From an uncultured Candidatus Rokubacteria bacterium (GTDB taxonomy: Bacteria > Methylomirabilota > Methylomirabilia > Rokubacteriales > DASRDR01), in contig CAVPSB010000015.1 of assembly GCA_963708025.1 (NCBI GenBank), forward strand, positions 1-64,000: a DNA stretch of 64,000 nt, read 5' to 3'. The notes under the pieces are model-generated. The model did not search any database and had not been told where the DNA came from. It worked only from the letters and a program-made list of their open reading frames with translations. Of this stretch, positions 50,415 to 60,790 are shown one piece after another. Within the stretch, counting starts at the first letter, position 1. Every line of letters begins with the position of its first letter. The position numbers were made by a program, and so were the translations under genes.

Positions 50415-51359
50415 ATGAGCCCGGTTCAGCGGATCCTGTGTGGCACCGACCTGTCCCCCGCCTCCGAGCCCGCCTGGGTCGAGGCGCAGCGCCTCGCCCG
50501 GGTGCTCGGCGCCGAGATCGTCTTGCTGCACGTGGTGTCCCCGCTCGTGATCCCGCCCGAAGTGGCCGGGGAGTTCTACGTGCCGCCCCACCTGTACCAG
50601 CAGCTCGCGGACGACGCCGATCGGGACGCGCAGGATCGGCTGGCGCAACTTCGCGATCAGCGGGCCGCGGCCTCGGTCAAGGTGACCACGCGGGTCGAGC
50701 ACGGGTTCCCCGCGGACACGATCCTGCGCGCGGCCGGCGACCGCGGAGGGGACATCGTCGTGCTGGGGACCCACGGTCGAACCGGGCTCGGCCGGGTGCT
50801 GCTCGGCAGCGTGGCCGATCGGGTCATCCGGCTCGCCCCGTGTCCGGTGGTCACGGCCCGGGCTCGACCCGGCGGGCCCGTGGCGGTACCGGGGCGCCTC
50901 ACCCGGATCTGCTACGCCACCGACTTCTCGGCCTCCGCCCACGCGGCGTGGCCCTGGGTCGTGACCCTCGCCGAGGCCGCCCAGGCGGAGGTCAACCTGG
51001 TGCACGTCCCCCCGGAGGTGGTCACCCGCCGCGAGTTCCCGGCCGCGGTGATCGGGCAGATGGCCGAGGGATTCCACGCGTACGGCGCGGCCCAGGCGCA
51101 GCGCTTGATCGATGCCGGCCCGCTGCCGCCGGCTCGGATTCACCCCCTGATCCTCACCGGGACGCCGGCGGAGGCGATCCTCCGGTCGGCGGAGACGCGG
51201 GCGGCCGATCTGATCGTCATGGGCACGCGTGGCTGGTCGGGGCTCCGCCGATGGATGCTGGGCTCCGTCGCCCTCCACGTCGTCCAGGCCGCCCCGTGCG
51301 CGGTCCTGACCGTCGGCCCGCGCGCTCCGGAAGGCGAGGAGTCGCTGCTTGGCCCCTGA
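50415..51359 (+). CDS. Tandem universal stress protein
   Basis: Two USP domains with GTHGR..LGSVA and GTRG..LGSVA motifs. Confidence 0.92.
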   Translation: MSPVQRILCGTDLSPASEPAWVEAQRLARVLGAEIVLLHVVSPLVIPPEVAGEFYVPPHLYQQLADDADRDAQDRLAQLRDQRAAASVKVTTRVEHGFPADTILRAAGDRGGDIVVLGTHGRTGLGRVLLGSVADRVIRLAPCPVVTARARPGGPVAVPGRLTRICYATDFSASAHAAWPWVVTLAEAAQAEVNLVHVPPEVVTRREFPAAVIGQMAEGFHAYGAAQAQRLIDAGPLPPARIHPLILTGTPAEAILRSAETRAADLIVMGTRGWSGLRRWMLGSVALHVVQAAPCAVLTVGPRAPEGEESLLGP

Positions 51360-51380
51360 GGGCCTCGCGAGGGCGAGCAG

Positions 51381-51662
51381 GTGGAGGACATGGCTGCCGG
51401 AGGCGTGAGTCCTCACAAGCTCGGCGTGGTGCTGGGCGCGTTTGTCGCGTGCTGGCACCTCACGTGGTCGGTGCTCGTCCTGCTCGGGTGGGCGCAGCCG
51501 GTGATCGATTTCGTCTTCTGGCTGCACTTCATCACCCCGCCGTACCAGGTCGGCCCGTTCGTCTTCTGGCGCGCGCTGGCCCTCGTGGTCGTCACCGCGA
51601 TGGTCGGCTATGCCGTCGGTGGCCTCATCGGCGCGATCTGGAAGCGAGTGCACGGAGCCTAG
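51381..51662 (+). CDS. Small membrane hypothetical protein
   Basis: Two hydrophobic helices, WHLTWS and FVFWLHFI; start could be 51390. Confidence 0.65.
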   Translation: MEDMAAGGVSPHKLGVVLGAFVACWHLTWSVLVLLGWAQPVIDFVFWLHFITPPYQVGPFVFWRALALVVVTAMVGYAVGGLIGAIWKRVHGA

Positions 51663-51724
51663 CGGGTCGGCCGGGGGATGGCGCACGACGGCCACGAATC
51701 GGACGTCCGGGCGAGGGGGAAGGG

Positions 51725-53731
51725 ATGTTTGACCTGTCGCACGTGCGAGAGCGCATGGTCCGAACCCAGATCGCGGCCCGGGGGGTGCAGGATCCAGCGG
51801 TGCTGGAGGCGATGCGCAGTGTTCCGCGCGAGGCCTTCCTCCCGCCGGAGCTCGAGGAGTTCGCCTATGCCGACGCTCCGCTCCCGATCGAGCGTGGGCA
51901 GACGATCTCGCAGCCCTACATCGTCGCCCTGATGGCGGCCGCGGCCCAGCTCGGCCCCGCGGACCGCGTGCTCGAAGTCGGCACGGGCTCGGGCTACGCG
52001 GCGGCGGTTCTCGGGCGCATCGCGCGCGAGGTCTACACCGTCGAGCGACACGAGGATCTGGCGAGGCTCGCGGCCGAGCGGCTCGCCAGGCTCGGGTTCG
52101 CGAACGTCTCGGTGCAGCATGGCGACGGGACGCTCGGCTGGCGAGAGCACGCGCCCTACGACGCGATCCTGGTGGCGGCGGGGGGTCCAAAGGTGCCCGA
52201 GGCGCTCCCGGACCAGCTCGCCCCCGGCGGCCGCCTGGTGATCCCGGTGGGCGAGGGAAGGGAGGTCCAGCAGCTCCTGCGCGTCACCCGCGAGGCCAAC
52301 GGTGGCTTCCGGCAGGAGGAGCTCGGCGACGTGCGCTTCGTGCCGCTGATCGGGGCTCAGGGTTGGGCGGCGGAGCCGGCCGAGTGGAACGGCCGTCCAT
52401 CCCTGGCTCCGAGCCGTCCGGCCACGCTCACCCGCCTGGTTCGCGAGGCCGCCGAGCCGCTCGAGTCCATCGACGCCGGCGACCTCGGCCGCCTGCTCGA
52501 GCGCATCAGCGGGTCGAGACTGGCGTTGCTCGGGGAGGCGACGCACGGCACCTCCGAGTTCTATCGCATGCGCGCGCGCATCACCCAGGAGCTCATTCGC
52601 ACCCAGGGGTTCCGGATCGTCGCGGTCGAGGCCGACTGGCCCGATGCGCGGCGCGTAAACCGCTACGTTCAGGCGTTACCCGATGGGCACCGCCCCCAGG
52701 AGTCGGCATTCGCACGCTTCCCGACGTGGATGTGGCGAAATCACGAGACCGGGCGCTTCGTCGAGTGGCTCCGGAGCTTCAACGCCCAGGCCCGCGAGCC
52801 CGCGCTGCAGGCCGGGTTCTACGGACTCGATCTCTACAGTCTCTTCACGTCGATTCGCTCGGTCCTCGAGTACCTGGAGCGGGTCGATCCGCCGGCGGCG
52901 CGGGTCGCCCGAGAGCGCTACTCGTGTCTGACCCCGTGGCAGTCCGATCCGCACGCGTATGGCCGCGCCGCCCTCAGCGGCCGCTACCGTGTCTGCGAGC
53001 GGGAGGCGGTGGCGATGCTGCGCGACATGCTGAGTCGCCGGCTCGAGTACGCCGAGCGGGACGGCGAGCGCTTTCTCGACGCGGTGGAGAACGCGCGCCT
53101 GATCGCCGACGCCGAGCGCTACTACCGTGCCATGTACTACGGGGCGAGCGAGTCCTGGAACCAGCGCGATCAGCACATGTTCGACACGCTCGAGCGATTG
53201 CTGGCGTTTCATGGTCCCGGATCGAAAGCGGTGGTGTGGGCCCACAACTCGCACCTCGGGGACGCCAGCGCCACCGAGATGAGCACGCGCGGCGAGCTCA
53301 ACCTGGGACATCTCTGCCGGCAGCGATTCGGCGACCGGGCCTTCCTGGTCGGCTTCGGCACCGACCGGGGTACCGTCGCTGCCGCGCACGACTGGGACGG
53401 GCCGATGAGCGTCATGAGCCTCCGACCGGCCCACCCCGAGAGCTACGAGCGGCTCTGCCACGAGTCGGGCGTCGAGGCGTTCTTCCTCCACCTCCGCGAG
53501 CCCTCTCGCGACGAGGTGCGGTCCGAGCTCGGGGCGTCCCGACTCGAGCGTGCCGTCGGCGTCGTCTACCGACCCGAGACGGAGCTCCAGAGCCACTATT
53601 TCCACGCCTCGCTGCCCTACCAGTTCGACGAGTACATCTGGTTCGACGAGACTCACGCGGTGCGGCCGGTCACGGTTGGCGAGGCGCGGGCGCTCGCGGC
53701 GCTCCATCCCTTCAGCGTCGAGCCGGGCTGA
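51725..53731 (+). CDS. pcm: Protein-L-isoaspartate O-methyltransferase fused to an erythromycin-esterase-like domain
   Basis: GQTISQP and LEVGTGSGY; then GEATHGTSEF, VEADWP, WNQRD, WAHNSH and QFD. Confidence 0.92.
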   Translation: MFDLSHVRERMVRTQIAARGVQDPAVLEAMRSVPREAFLPPELEEFAYADAPLPIERGQTISQPYIVALMAAAAQLGPADRVLEVGTGSGYAAAVLGRIAREVYTVERHEDLARLAAERLARLGFANVSVQHGDGTLGWREHAPYDAILVAAGGPKVPEALPDQLAPGGRLVIPVGEGREVQQLLRVTREANGGFRQEELGDVRFVPLIGAQGWAAEPAEWNGRPSLAPSRPATLTRLVREAAEPLESIDAGDLGRLLERISGSRLALLGEATHGTSEFYRMRARITQELIRTQGFRIVAVEADWPDARRVNRYVQALPDGHRPQESAFARFPTWMWRNHETGRFVEWLRSFNAQAREPALQAGFYGLDLYSLFTSIRSVLEYLERVDPPAARVARERYSCLTPWQSDPHAYGRAALSGRYRVCEREAVAMLRDMLSRRLEYAERDGERFLDAVENARLIADAERYYRAMYYGASESWNQRDQHMFDTLERLLAFHGPGSKAVVWAHNSHLGDASATEMSTRGELNLGHLCRQRFGDRAFLVGFGTDRGTVAAAHDWDGPMSVMSLRPAHPESYERLCHESGVEAFFLHLREPSRDEVRSELGASRLERAVGVVYRPETELQSHYFHASLPYQFDEYIWFDETHAVRPVTVGEARALAALHPFSVEPG

Positions 53732-53909
53732 TGGGGCCCGAGGTCGAGGAGGTGCTGCGGACACTCGACTGGATGCGGAGAGAGCGGATCTGGCCCCATT
53801 CTTCTCCACCTGCCGCTCGAACGACGAGTACGACCGGAACGCGATCACGCACGTGATGGCCTGCTCGTCCCTGCTTCCAGGGAGGCTGATCAGGCGGGGC
53901 GGGGGTTGA
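53731..53909 (+). pseudogene. Probable internally deleted conserved hypothetical gene
   Basis: MGPEVEEVLRTLDWMRRERIWP start is followed, in another frame, by DEYDRNAITHVMACSSLLPG and a stop. Confidence 0.4.
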
Positions 53910-54017
53910 GCCGATGCCACGGCCATGAATCTCATCCCGCGAGATTTGAAGAACTGGCAGCTTCGCGTCGCCCGGCGGGCTCTCCTCCAGGGGTAGAATG
54001 GGGATGGCGAAGCGCCC

Positions 54018-55157
54018 ATGCCTAGAACGGTCCTCGAGCCGCGTTTTCAGGTCGAGTACCTGTCCATCCTCGACAGCGACGGGACGCTCGACAGCGCCCT
54101 CGAGCCGAAGCTTTCCGCCGATGACCTGAGATCGCTCTACCGCGCCATGCTGCTCGGCCGCCGCCTCGACGAGCGCATGGTGCGTCTGCAGCGCCAGGGC
54201 CGGATCGGCACCTTCGCGCCGATCAAGGGCCAGGAGGCCTCGCAGATGGGCAGCGCCTTCACCCTCCGGCGGCAGGACTGGATGGTGCCGTCCTTCCGCG
54301 AGACGGCCGCGATGGTCTGGCGCGGCTGGCCGATCGAGAAGCTCCTCCTGTTCTTTGCGGGCTACCTCGAGGGCGGCTCCCCGGCGCCGGACCAGCACGA
54401 TCTGCCGGTGACGATCCCGGTCGCCACCCAGCTCCCCCACGCCGTGGGTCTGGCCTACGCGGCGCAGTACCGCGGCGACGACGTGGTGGTGATGACGTTC
54501 TTCGGGGACGGCGCGACCAGCGAGGGCGACTTCCACGAGGCGCTCAACATGGCCGGCGTCTGGCACGTCCCGGTCGTGTTCGTCTGCCAGAACAACCAGT
54601 GGGCGATCTCGGTACCGCTCAAGAAGCAGACGCACTCCCGGACGATCGCCCAGAAGGCGCTGGCCTACGGGCTGCCCGGGATCCAGGTCGATGGCAACGA
54701 CGTGCTCGCCGTGTACGTCGCCGCCCGCGAGGCCGTCGAGCGCGCGCGTCAGGGGCAGGGGCCGACCCTCATCGAGTGCGTGACCTACCGCCTGGGATTC
54801 CACACCACTGCCGACGACCCGAGCAAGTACCGGTCGGAGGAGGAGGTGAGGGCGTGGGAGCGGAAGGATCCGCTCACACGCTTCCGCGCCTACCTCGAGC
54901 AGCGGCAGCTCCTCGAGGACGGCCTCGAGCAGCGGGTCGACGAGGAGATCGCCGCCGCCGTGCGCCGCTTCGAGGCGGCGCTGCCCGCGGACCCGCTGAC
55001 GGTCTTCGACCACGTGTATGCCGAGATGCCGCCTCATCTGGCAGCCCAGCGGGCCGAGCTCGAGGCGCGGCTCGCCGCCCGCGGGGAGACCCACGCCCCG
55101 GAGCCGCCGCCTCCCGCCGCATTGCCGATGCGGGGGCAGCGCGCGACTCGGCGGTGA
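54018..55157 (+). CDS. pdhA: Pyruvate/2-oxoacid dehydrogenase E1 alpha
   Basis: LQRQGR, GQEA, GDGATSEG..NNQW TPP motif, HTTADDP. Confidence 0.92.
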   Translation: MPRTVLEPRFQVEYLSILDSDGTLDSALEPKLSADDLRSLYRAMLLGRRLDERMVRLQRQGRIGTFAPIKGQEASQMGSAFTLRRQDWMVPSFRETAAMVWRGWPIEKLLLFFAGYLEGGSPAPDQHDLPVTIPVATQLPHAVGLAYAAQYRGDDVVVMTFFGDGATSEGDFHEALNMAGVWHVPVVFVCQNNQWAISVPLKKQTHSRTIAQKALAYGLPGIQVDGNDVLAVYVAAREAVERARQGQGPTLIECVTYRLGFHTTADDPSKYRSEEEVRAWERKDPLTRFRAYLEQRQLLEDGLEQRVDEEIAAAVRRFEAALPADPLTVFDHVYAEMPPHLAAQRAELEARLAARGETHAPEPPPPAALPMRGQRATRR

Positions 55158-55161
55158 CGCG

Positions 55162-56142
55162 ATGGCGAAGCTGAACATGGTCAAGGCCCTCAACCTCGCG
55201 CTCCTCCAGGAGATGGAGCGCGACCCGGACGTGCTGATTCTCGGGGAGGACGTTGGCGTCGATGGCGGCGTCTTTCGCGTGACCGACGACCTCCAGCGCA
55301 AGTTCGGCGCCCGGCGCGTGATCGACAGCCCGCTGGCCGAGGCCGGGATCATCGGGACGGCGGTCGGGATGGCCCTCTACGGCCTGAAGCCGATCTGCGA
55401 GATCCAGTTCTCCGGCTTCGCCTTCCAGTGCTTCCACCAGATCGAGAACCACGCGGCGCGCTACCGGATGCGCTCGCAAGGGCGCTTCCACTGCCAGATG
55501 GTGATCCGGATGCCGTACGGCGGGGGTGTCCGGGCGCTCGAGCACCACACGGAGTCGGAAGAGCAGTTCTACGCGCACATTCCGGGTCTGAAGATGGTGG
55601 TCCCGTCCGGCCCGCGTACCGCGCGCGCTCTCCTGACGGCCGCGATCCGCGACCCTGACCCGGTCGTCTTGTTCGAGGCGAAGGCGCTCTACCACGCGGT
55701 GAAAGAGGAGGTGCCCGATGAGCCCGAGACCCTGCCCATCGGCCGGGCCCAGGTCGCCCGCGCGGGGGGCGACGTCACGCTCGTGAGCTATGGCGCCATG
55801 TTGCGCGTCATCCTCGAGGCAGCGGACGTGCTCGCCGCAGAGGACGGGGTCGAAGCCGAGGTGATCGACCTCCTGACCGTCTCACCCCTCGACCGCGAGG
55901 CGATCGTCCAGTCGGTCACGAAGACGGGGCGCGCGGTCGTCGTCCACGAGGCGCCGAGGAGCTTCGGTCCCGGCGCGGAGATCGCCGCGTCCATCATGGA
56001 GGGCGCATTCCTCCGGCTGGAGGCCCCCGTGCGCCGCGTCACCGCTGACGACGTGTCATTCGTGGGATTCGCGCGCGAGAAGGCGCATATCCCCAACGTC
56101 GCGCGCGTCGTTGCCGCCGCCCGGGAGACACTGCGCTTCTGA
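55162..56142 (+). CDS. pdhB: Pyruvate/2-oxoacid dehydrogenase E1 beta
   Basis: GEDVG..GGVFR, PLAEAGI, EIQF, EHH and KTGR..VVHEA motifs. Confidence 0.92.
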   Translation: MAKLNMVKALNLALLQEMERDPDVLILGEDVGVDGGVFRVTDDLQRKFGARRVIDSPLAEAGIIGTAVGMALYGLKPICEIQFSGFAFQCFHQIENHAARYRMRSQGRFHCQMVIRMPYGGGVRALEHHTESEEQFYAHIPGLKMVVPSGPRTARALLTAAIRDPDPVVLFEAKALYHAVKEEVPDEPETLPIGRAQVARAGGDVTLVSYGAMLRVILEAADVLAAEDGVEAEVIDLLTVSPLDREAIVQSVTKTGRAVVVHEAPRSFGPGAEIAASIMEGAFLRLEAPVRRVTADDVSFVGFAREKAHIPNVARVVAAARETLRF

Positions 56143-56549
56143 GCCGTCCGAGGACTCGCCGGTCCGAGTTCGCCGATCGACAGCGGCGGCGCGCGAAGCT
56201 GCTCAACGGCTTCACGACCCCTCGGCCTCACCGTGGAGAGCTGCCCGAGGTGTGAATTCCCCGGGCATCTCTCGTTAGCCCCCCGACGGATCTCTCCGAG
56301 CCCAGATTCACGGGGGACGGCGAGGAATTGCGCGTAGTCTACCATCCACGGCCCTGCTCGGGGTGAGCGGGCGAACTCGCTGGCGTCTTCGTCTTGACCT
56401 CGCCCCGCTCCCGCCGTAGCATCGCGGCCATCGGACGTGGCCTCGTCGCTGATCTGAAGGAAGTGGTCGAAGTCGATGACGCGGCGTCTGGCCGGTCTCT
56501 CGGTGAGATCGCTGGTAGAGGCGCGTGATCTACGTCCACGCACGGCATC

Positions 56550-57815
56550 GTGTCGGATCGCTGCCGGCGCCCGGCGCCGGTGGAGGAGACTGCCCTGGGT
56601 ACTCCCGGTGAGAAGATCCTCGGTCGCCTGCTCACGCTGGGCCAGTTCGGACAGGACGGGGGCATCTATTACCGCACGCCGTTCACCGCCGCCGAGACCG
56701 CGGCCATCGACCGCGTCGCCGAGTGGATGCGCGAGGCGGGCCTGGCGGTTCGGCGGGACGCCGTCGGCAACGTGATCGGCCGGATCGACGGGCGCGACCG
56801 ATCGGCCAAGGTCGTCGCCACCGGCTCCCACCTCGATTCGGTGCGAGACGGGGGGGTCTTCGACGGGCCCCTCGGGGTCGTCTCCGGGATCGAGGCGGTG
56901 AGCCGGCTCCTCGCCGACCGGGGGGCGCCGGCCCGACCGGTCGAGGTGATCGCCTTCACCGGCGAGGAGGGGAGCCGGTTTCCCGTCGGGCTCCTCGGGA
57001 GCCGGATGATGGCCGGGCTCCTCGCGCCAGCCGACGCCGCGGCCCTGCCGGACCGGGAGGGCACCCGGCTCGCCGACGCGATCCGCCGCGCCGGCCTCGA
57101 CCCCGCGGGGCTCGAGGACGTCGCGCGCGACGACCTCGGGGCCCTGGTCGAGCTTCACATCGAGCAGGGCCCGATCCTGGAGCGGGCCGGCGTCCAGGTG
57201 GGCATCGTCGAGACGATCGTGGGGCTCCACCGGTTCCAGGCAGTGGTCGTCGGCCAGGCCGACCACGCCGGCACGACCCCGCTCGACATGCGGGCCGATG
57301 CGCTGCTCGGCGCGGCGGAGGTGATCCTTGCCCTTCCGGAGCTGGTGCGGCCGTCGAGCGGCGTCGTCACGGTGGGCCAGCTCGACATCGCCCCGGGGTC
57401 GAGCAACGTCGTCCCCGGGCGGGTCGTGTTCTCGGTGGATCTCCGCCACCCGAACCCGGCCGAGCTCAACCGGCTGGCGGCGGCGGTCCAGGCGCAGGCC
57501 AACGCGCTCGTCGCCCGGCGCGGGCTGCGCCTGGACTGGCAACCCGTGGCGATCACGCCCCCGGTGGGAACCGATCCCGGCCTCCGGGCCCGCATCGAGC
57601 GCGCCGCCGCGGCCTTGGGCTTCAGCGCCCGGGTGATGGTCAGCGGGGCGGGCCACGACTCGATGGCCATCGCCGCCCGGTGCCCGGTGGCGATGATCTT
57701 CACGCCGTGCCGGGGCGGCTTCAGTCATCGTCCCGACGAGTTCGCCGATGCGCCGATGATCGATCCCGGCTTCGCCGTGCTCGAGCGGACGCTCGGGGAG
57801 CTGGCCTGGCAGTAG
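56550..57815 (+). CDS. M20 Zn-dependent amidohydrolase (allantoate amidohydrolase / N-carbamoyl-amino acid hydrolase family)
   Basis: GSHLDSV..GGVFDG, EEGSRF, ELHIEQG, HAGT, SGAGHD and SHRPDE motifs; start uncertain. Confidence 0.9.
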   Translation: MSDRCRRPAPVEETALGTPGEKILGRLLTLGQFGQDGGIYYRTPFTAAETAAIDRVAEWMREAGLAVRRDAVGNVIGRIDGRDRSAKVVATGSHLDSVRDGGVFDGPLGVVSGIEAVSRLLADRGAPARPVEVIAFTGEEGSRFPVGLLGSRMMAGLLAPADAAALPDREGTRLADAIRRAGLDPAGLEDVARDDLGALVELHIEQGPILERAGVQVGIVETIVGLHRFQAVVVGQADHAGTTPLDMRADALLGAAEVILALPELVRPSSGVVTVGQLDIAPGSSNVVPGRVVFSVDLRHPNPAELNRLAAAVQAQANALVARRGLRLDWQPVAITPPVGTDPGLRARIERAAAALGFSARVMVSGAGHDSMAIAARCPVAMIFTPCRGGFSHRPDEFADAPMIDPGFAVLERTLGELAWQ

Positions 57816-57899
57816 CCGGGCCCGCGGGCCGATGACCCCGGATCTCCTCGTCAGTGGGGGCCGATGGTCGGTCTCTTCCCGGTTGCCCACTCGGCCGTC

Positions 57900-59154
57900 T
57901 CAGTCCGGCAGCTCGCCCAGCCGCCGCTCGAGAAACCGCCGCTCCGGCTCCTGCCGCGTGAGGCCGAGGGCCCGCTCGTAGGAGGCTCGGGCTTCCGCCG
58001 TTCTCCCCAGCCGCCGGCACAGATCCGCCCGCGCCGAGTGCGCCAGGTGGTAGTCCGCCAGATCGCCGCGCGCCAGGATGGCGTCGATCAGGGCCAGACC
58101 CGCCGCCGGGCCGTCGCGCATCGCCACCGCCACGGCGCGGTTCAGCTCGACCACGGGCGACGGCTCCGCCCGCACCAGCACGTCGTACAGTCCGACGATC
58201 TGCGCCCAGTCCGTCGCGGCGGCGGTCGGCGCCTCGGCGTGCACCGCCGCGATCGCCGCCTGGAGCGTGTACGGGCCGAACCGGCGCGACGACAGCGCCC
58301 GCTCCACCAGCGCCATCCCCTCCGCGATCTGCTCCCGGTTCCAGAGCGAGCGATCCTGGTCGTCCAGCAGGACCAGCTCGCCCGCCGGCGAGGTGCGCGC
58401 GGCGCGCCGCGATTCGTGCAGCAGCATCAGCGCCAGGAGCCCCACCGCCTCGGGCTCCGGCAGCAGCTCGACCAGCAGCCGCCCCAGGCGGATCGCCTCG
58501 CCCGAGAGATCGGGCCGCGTCAGCGACGCGCCCGACGAGGCGGAGTAGCCCTCGTTGAACACCAGGTAGATGACGTGCAGCACGGTGTCCAGCCGGTCCG
58601 GCAGCTCGGCCCGCGCCGGCACCTGATAGGGAATGCGCGCGTCGCGGATCTTCGCCTTGGCGCGCACGATGCGCTGGGCCAGCGTGGGCGGCGCGGTGAG
58701 GAAGGCGCGCGCGATCTCCTCGGTCGTGAGGCCGCACACCTCGCGCAGCGTCAGCGCCACCTGGGCGTCCGGCGGCAGGGCCGGATGGCAGCAGGTGAAG
58801 ATCAGCCGCAGCCGGTCGTCCTCGACGCCCTCGTCGTCCCACGCCGCGGCGTCGCTGGCGTCGGCGTCGAGTCGCTCGGCGAGCTCCGCCAGCGACGCGT
58901 CGAACCGGGCGCGCCGGCGCATGCGCGTCGATGGCCTTGAAGCGGCCGGCCGACACGAGCCACGCCCGGGGATTGGCCGGCACGCCGTCCCGCGGCCATT
59001 GCTCCACCGCCGCGGCGAAGGCATCGTGCAGCGCCTCCTCGGCGAGGTCGAAGTCGCCGAGCAGGCGGATCAGGGTGGCGAGGACGCGGCGCGACTCGGA
59101 GCGGTAGACGGCGTCCACCCTCTCGCGCGCCCGCTCGGCCTCGTCCTCGCTCAC
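57900..59154 (-). CDS. ECF sigma factor with C-terminal TPR-like extension (frameshift near 58925)
   Basis: DLAEEALHDAF, WPRDGVP, DDRLRLIFTCCHP, FNEGY, QDRSLW. Confidence 0.88.
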
Positions 59155-59171
59155 CAGCGGCGCGTCCTCGG

Positions 59172-59528
59172 CTACGGCTGGTCGAACTCCCTGATCGGCC
59201 GCACTTCGACGCTCCCCAGGCGCGCCGACGGGATCTTCGAGGCCACCTGGATGGCGTCGTTCAGGTCCCTGGCCTCGATGAGGTAGAACCCGCCCAGCTG
59301 CTCCTTCGTCTCGGCGAAGGGGCCGTCGGTGGTCGACACCTTGCCGTTCCGGACCCGCACGGTCGTGGCCGTCTGAACGGGCTGGAGGGCCTCCCCGCCG
59401 AGGAAGTGGCCGCTCTTCTGGATCCCCTCGGTGAACGCGAAGTACTCGCCCATGAAGGCGTCCGACTCGCTCTTGGACATGGCACCCAGCTTCTTCTCCT
59501 CATCGTAGATCAGGCACAGGTACCTCAT
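59172..59528 (-). CDS. YCII/DGPF-domain protein
   Basis: TDGPFAETKEQLGGFY and VEVRP; usual partner of this ECF sigma type. Confidence 0.92.
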   Translation of the reverse strand: MRYLCLIYDEEKKLGAMSKSESDAFMGEYFAFTEGIQKSGHFLGGEALQPVQTATTVRVRNGKVSTTDGPFAETKEQLGGFYLIEARDLNDAIQVASKIPSARLGSVEVRPIREFDQP

Positions 59529-59739
59529 GGCCCCTCCTGGCTGGTTGTGGTCGAACGGCCGTGGACGCCAGATAGTCGTTCGGGGGAGCCCAGAATCGAC
59601 ACCGGGCCTTTCGGGCGCGAAGGGTGTCCAGGACCGATGGCCCGACCCGACCCCACGAGTCTGCCGCTCGGAACACCGATGGCTGAATGAGTGTACTCTC
59701 ACGGCGATCGCGGGTGCATCCAGTTGCCGCAACGGACCC

Positions 59740-60342
59740 GCATGAACCCGTCCATGCCGTCCGGTGCCGTGCTCACCCGGACGGAGTGGGAGGTCATCGC
59801 CGAGATCTGCCACCGAGCGGACCTCTGGCTGATCTACAACGCGGCGATGGAGCGCATCCTGTACGACGGGGCCCGCACATCCATCCGGCGGCGCTTCCCG
59901 ACATGATGGCGCGGACGATCACGATCGGGTCGGTGTCCAAGGAGCTTCGCATGATCGGCTGGCGCGTCGGCTGGATCGTGGGACCGGCGGACGTCATGCC
60001 CGACATCGGGCTCGTCAGCATCTCGGACGTGGTCGTCCCGGTCGGGATCGCCCAGCCGGCGGCCGCTGCCGCCCTCGGTGCGCCGGACGCCGACGCCGAC
60101 GTCGTGACCGCCGTGGCCGAGTGGCGGCGACGCCGCGACGTGATCGTGGAGGACGGCCTGCGCTCGGCCACACGGGCGCGCAGGCCTCGGCTCGGCTGCT
60201 CGAGAAGGGACGCATCGCGGCCACGCCGATGGTCAACTGGGGCGTGCGGAACGGGCCCCAATTCGTCCGCTTCGTCTTCAGCAACGAGCCCGTGGCCCGA
60301 CTGCAGGGGATCGGGGACCGCGTCCGCCGCGCGCTGGTGTAG
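59740..60342 (+). pseudogene. Class I/II PLP aminotransferase C-terminal remnant
   Basis: NPSMPSG and GSVSKELRMIGWRVGW (PLP lysine), frameshifted; N-terminus missing. Confidence 0.72.
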
Positions 60343-60364
60343 CCGGATTCGCGTGCGGCCGAGA

Positions 60365-60510
60365 CACCCGACTTCGATGCCGCGGTGCAGCGCGCGACCG
60401 CTCTGGGTGCGCGCGTGCTGGAAGGGCCGAGGGTGAACCCCAACTCCGGGCTGCGGGAGCTGTGGCTGTGCGATCCCGACGGCTACGTGGTCGTGCTCGC
60501 GAACCCGCGC
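60365..60510 (+). pseudogene. VOC/glyoxalase C-terminal remnant
   Basis: DFDAAVQRA..LGARVL..RELWLCDPDGYVVVLA. Confidence 0.55.
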
Positions 60511-60790
60511 GAACAGGGCCGACATACCCGGCCAAGAAGAAGTCGTCGCGTGGCCAGGGCGCCAGGCTCGGGGAGGCGTGGCGAGGCTGCGGCGTCCTCG
60601 GTGGCGCGGGAGTTTGGACCGGTTACACCCGCTGGCGGGTCCTGTTCGTGTAGGCTATGCTGAAACCTTGGTGCACCCGCTGGGGGTGCCGTGGGGTGGA
60701 GACGACGGCCGGCCCGTATCGCGGTCGAACGGCCCACGTGCTCGCGAATGAGCGAACCCAGCCGCGCCGGGTGAACCGGATGGGCCGTCC

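Noticed and set aside
40616-52190. Very long alternative-frame and antisense ORFs (40616..44167, 48708..52190, and the N-terminal part of 49070..53731)
   Set aside because: They are Arg/Pro/Gly-rich shadow ORFs expected at this GC content and overlap well-supported genes.
51725-53731. Macrolide resistance gene
   Set aside because: Pcm fused to an erythromycin-esterase-like domain is a widespread architecture, and the domain alone does not imply EreA/EreB activity.
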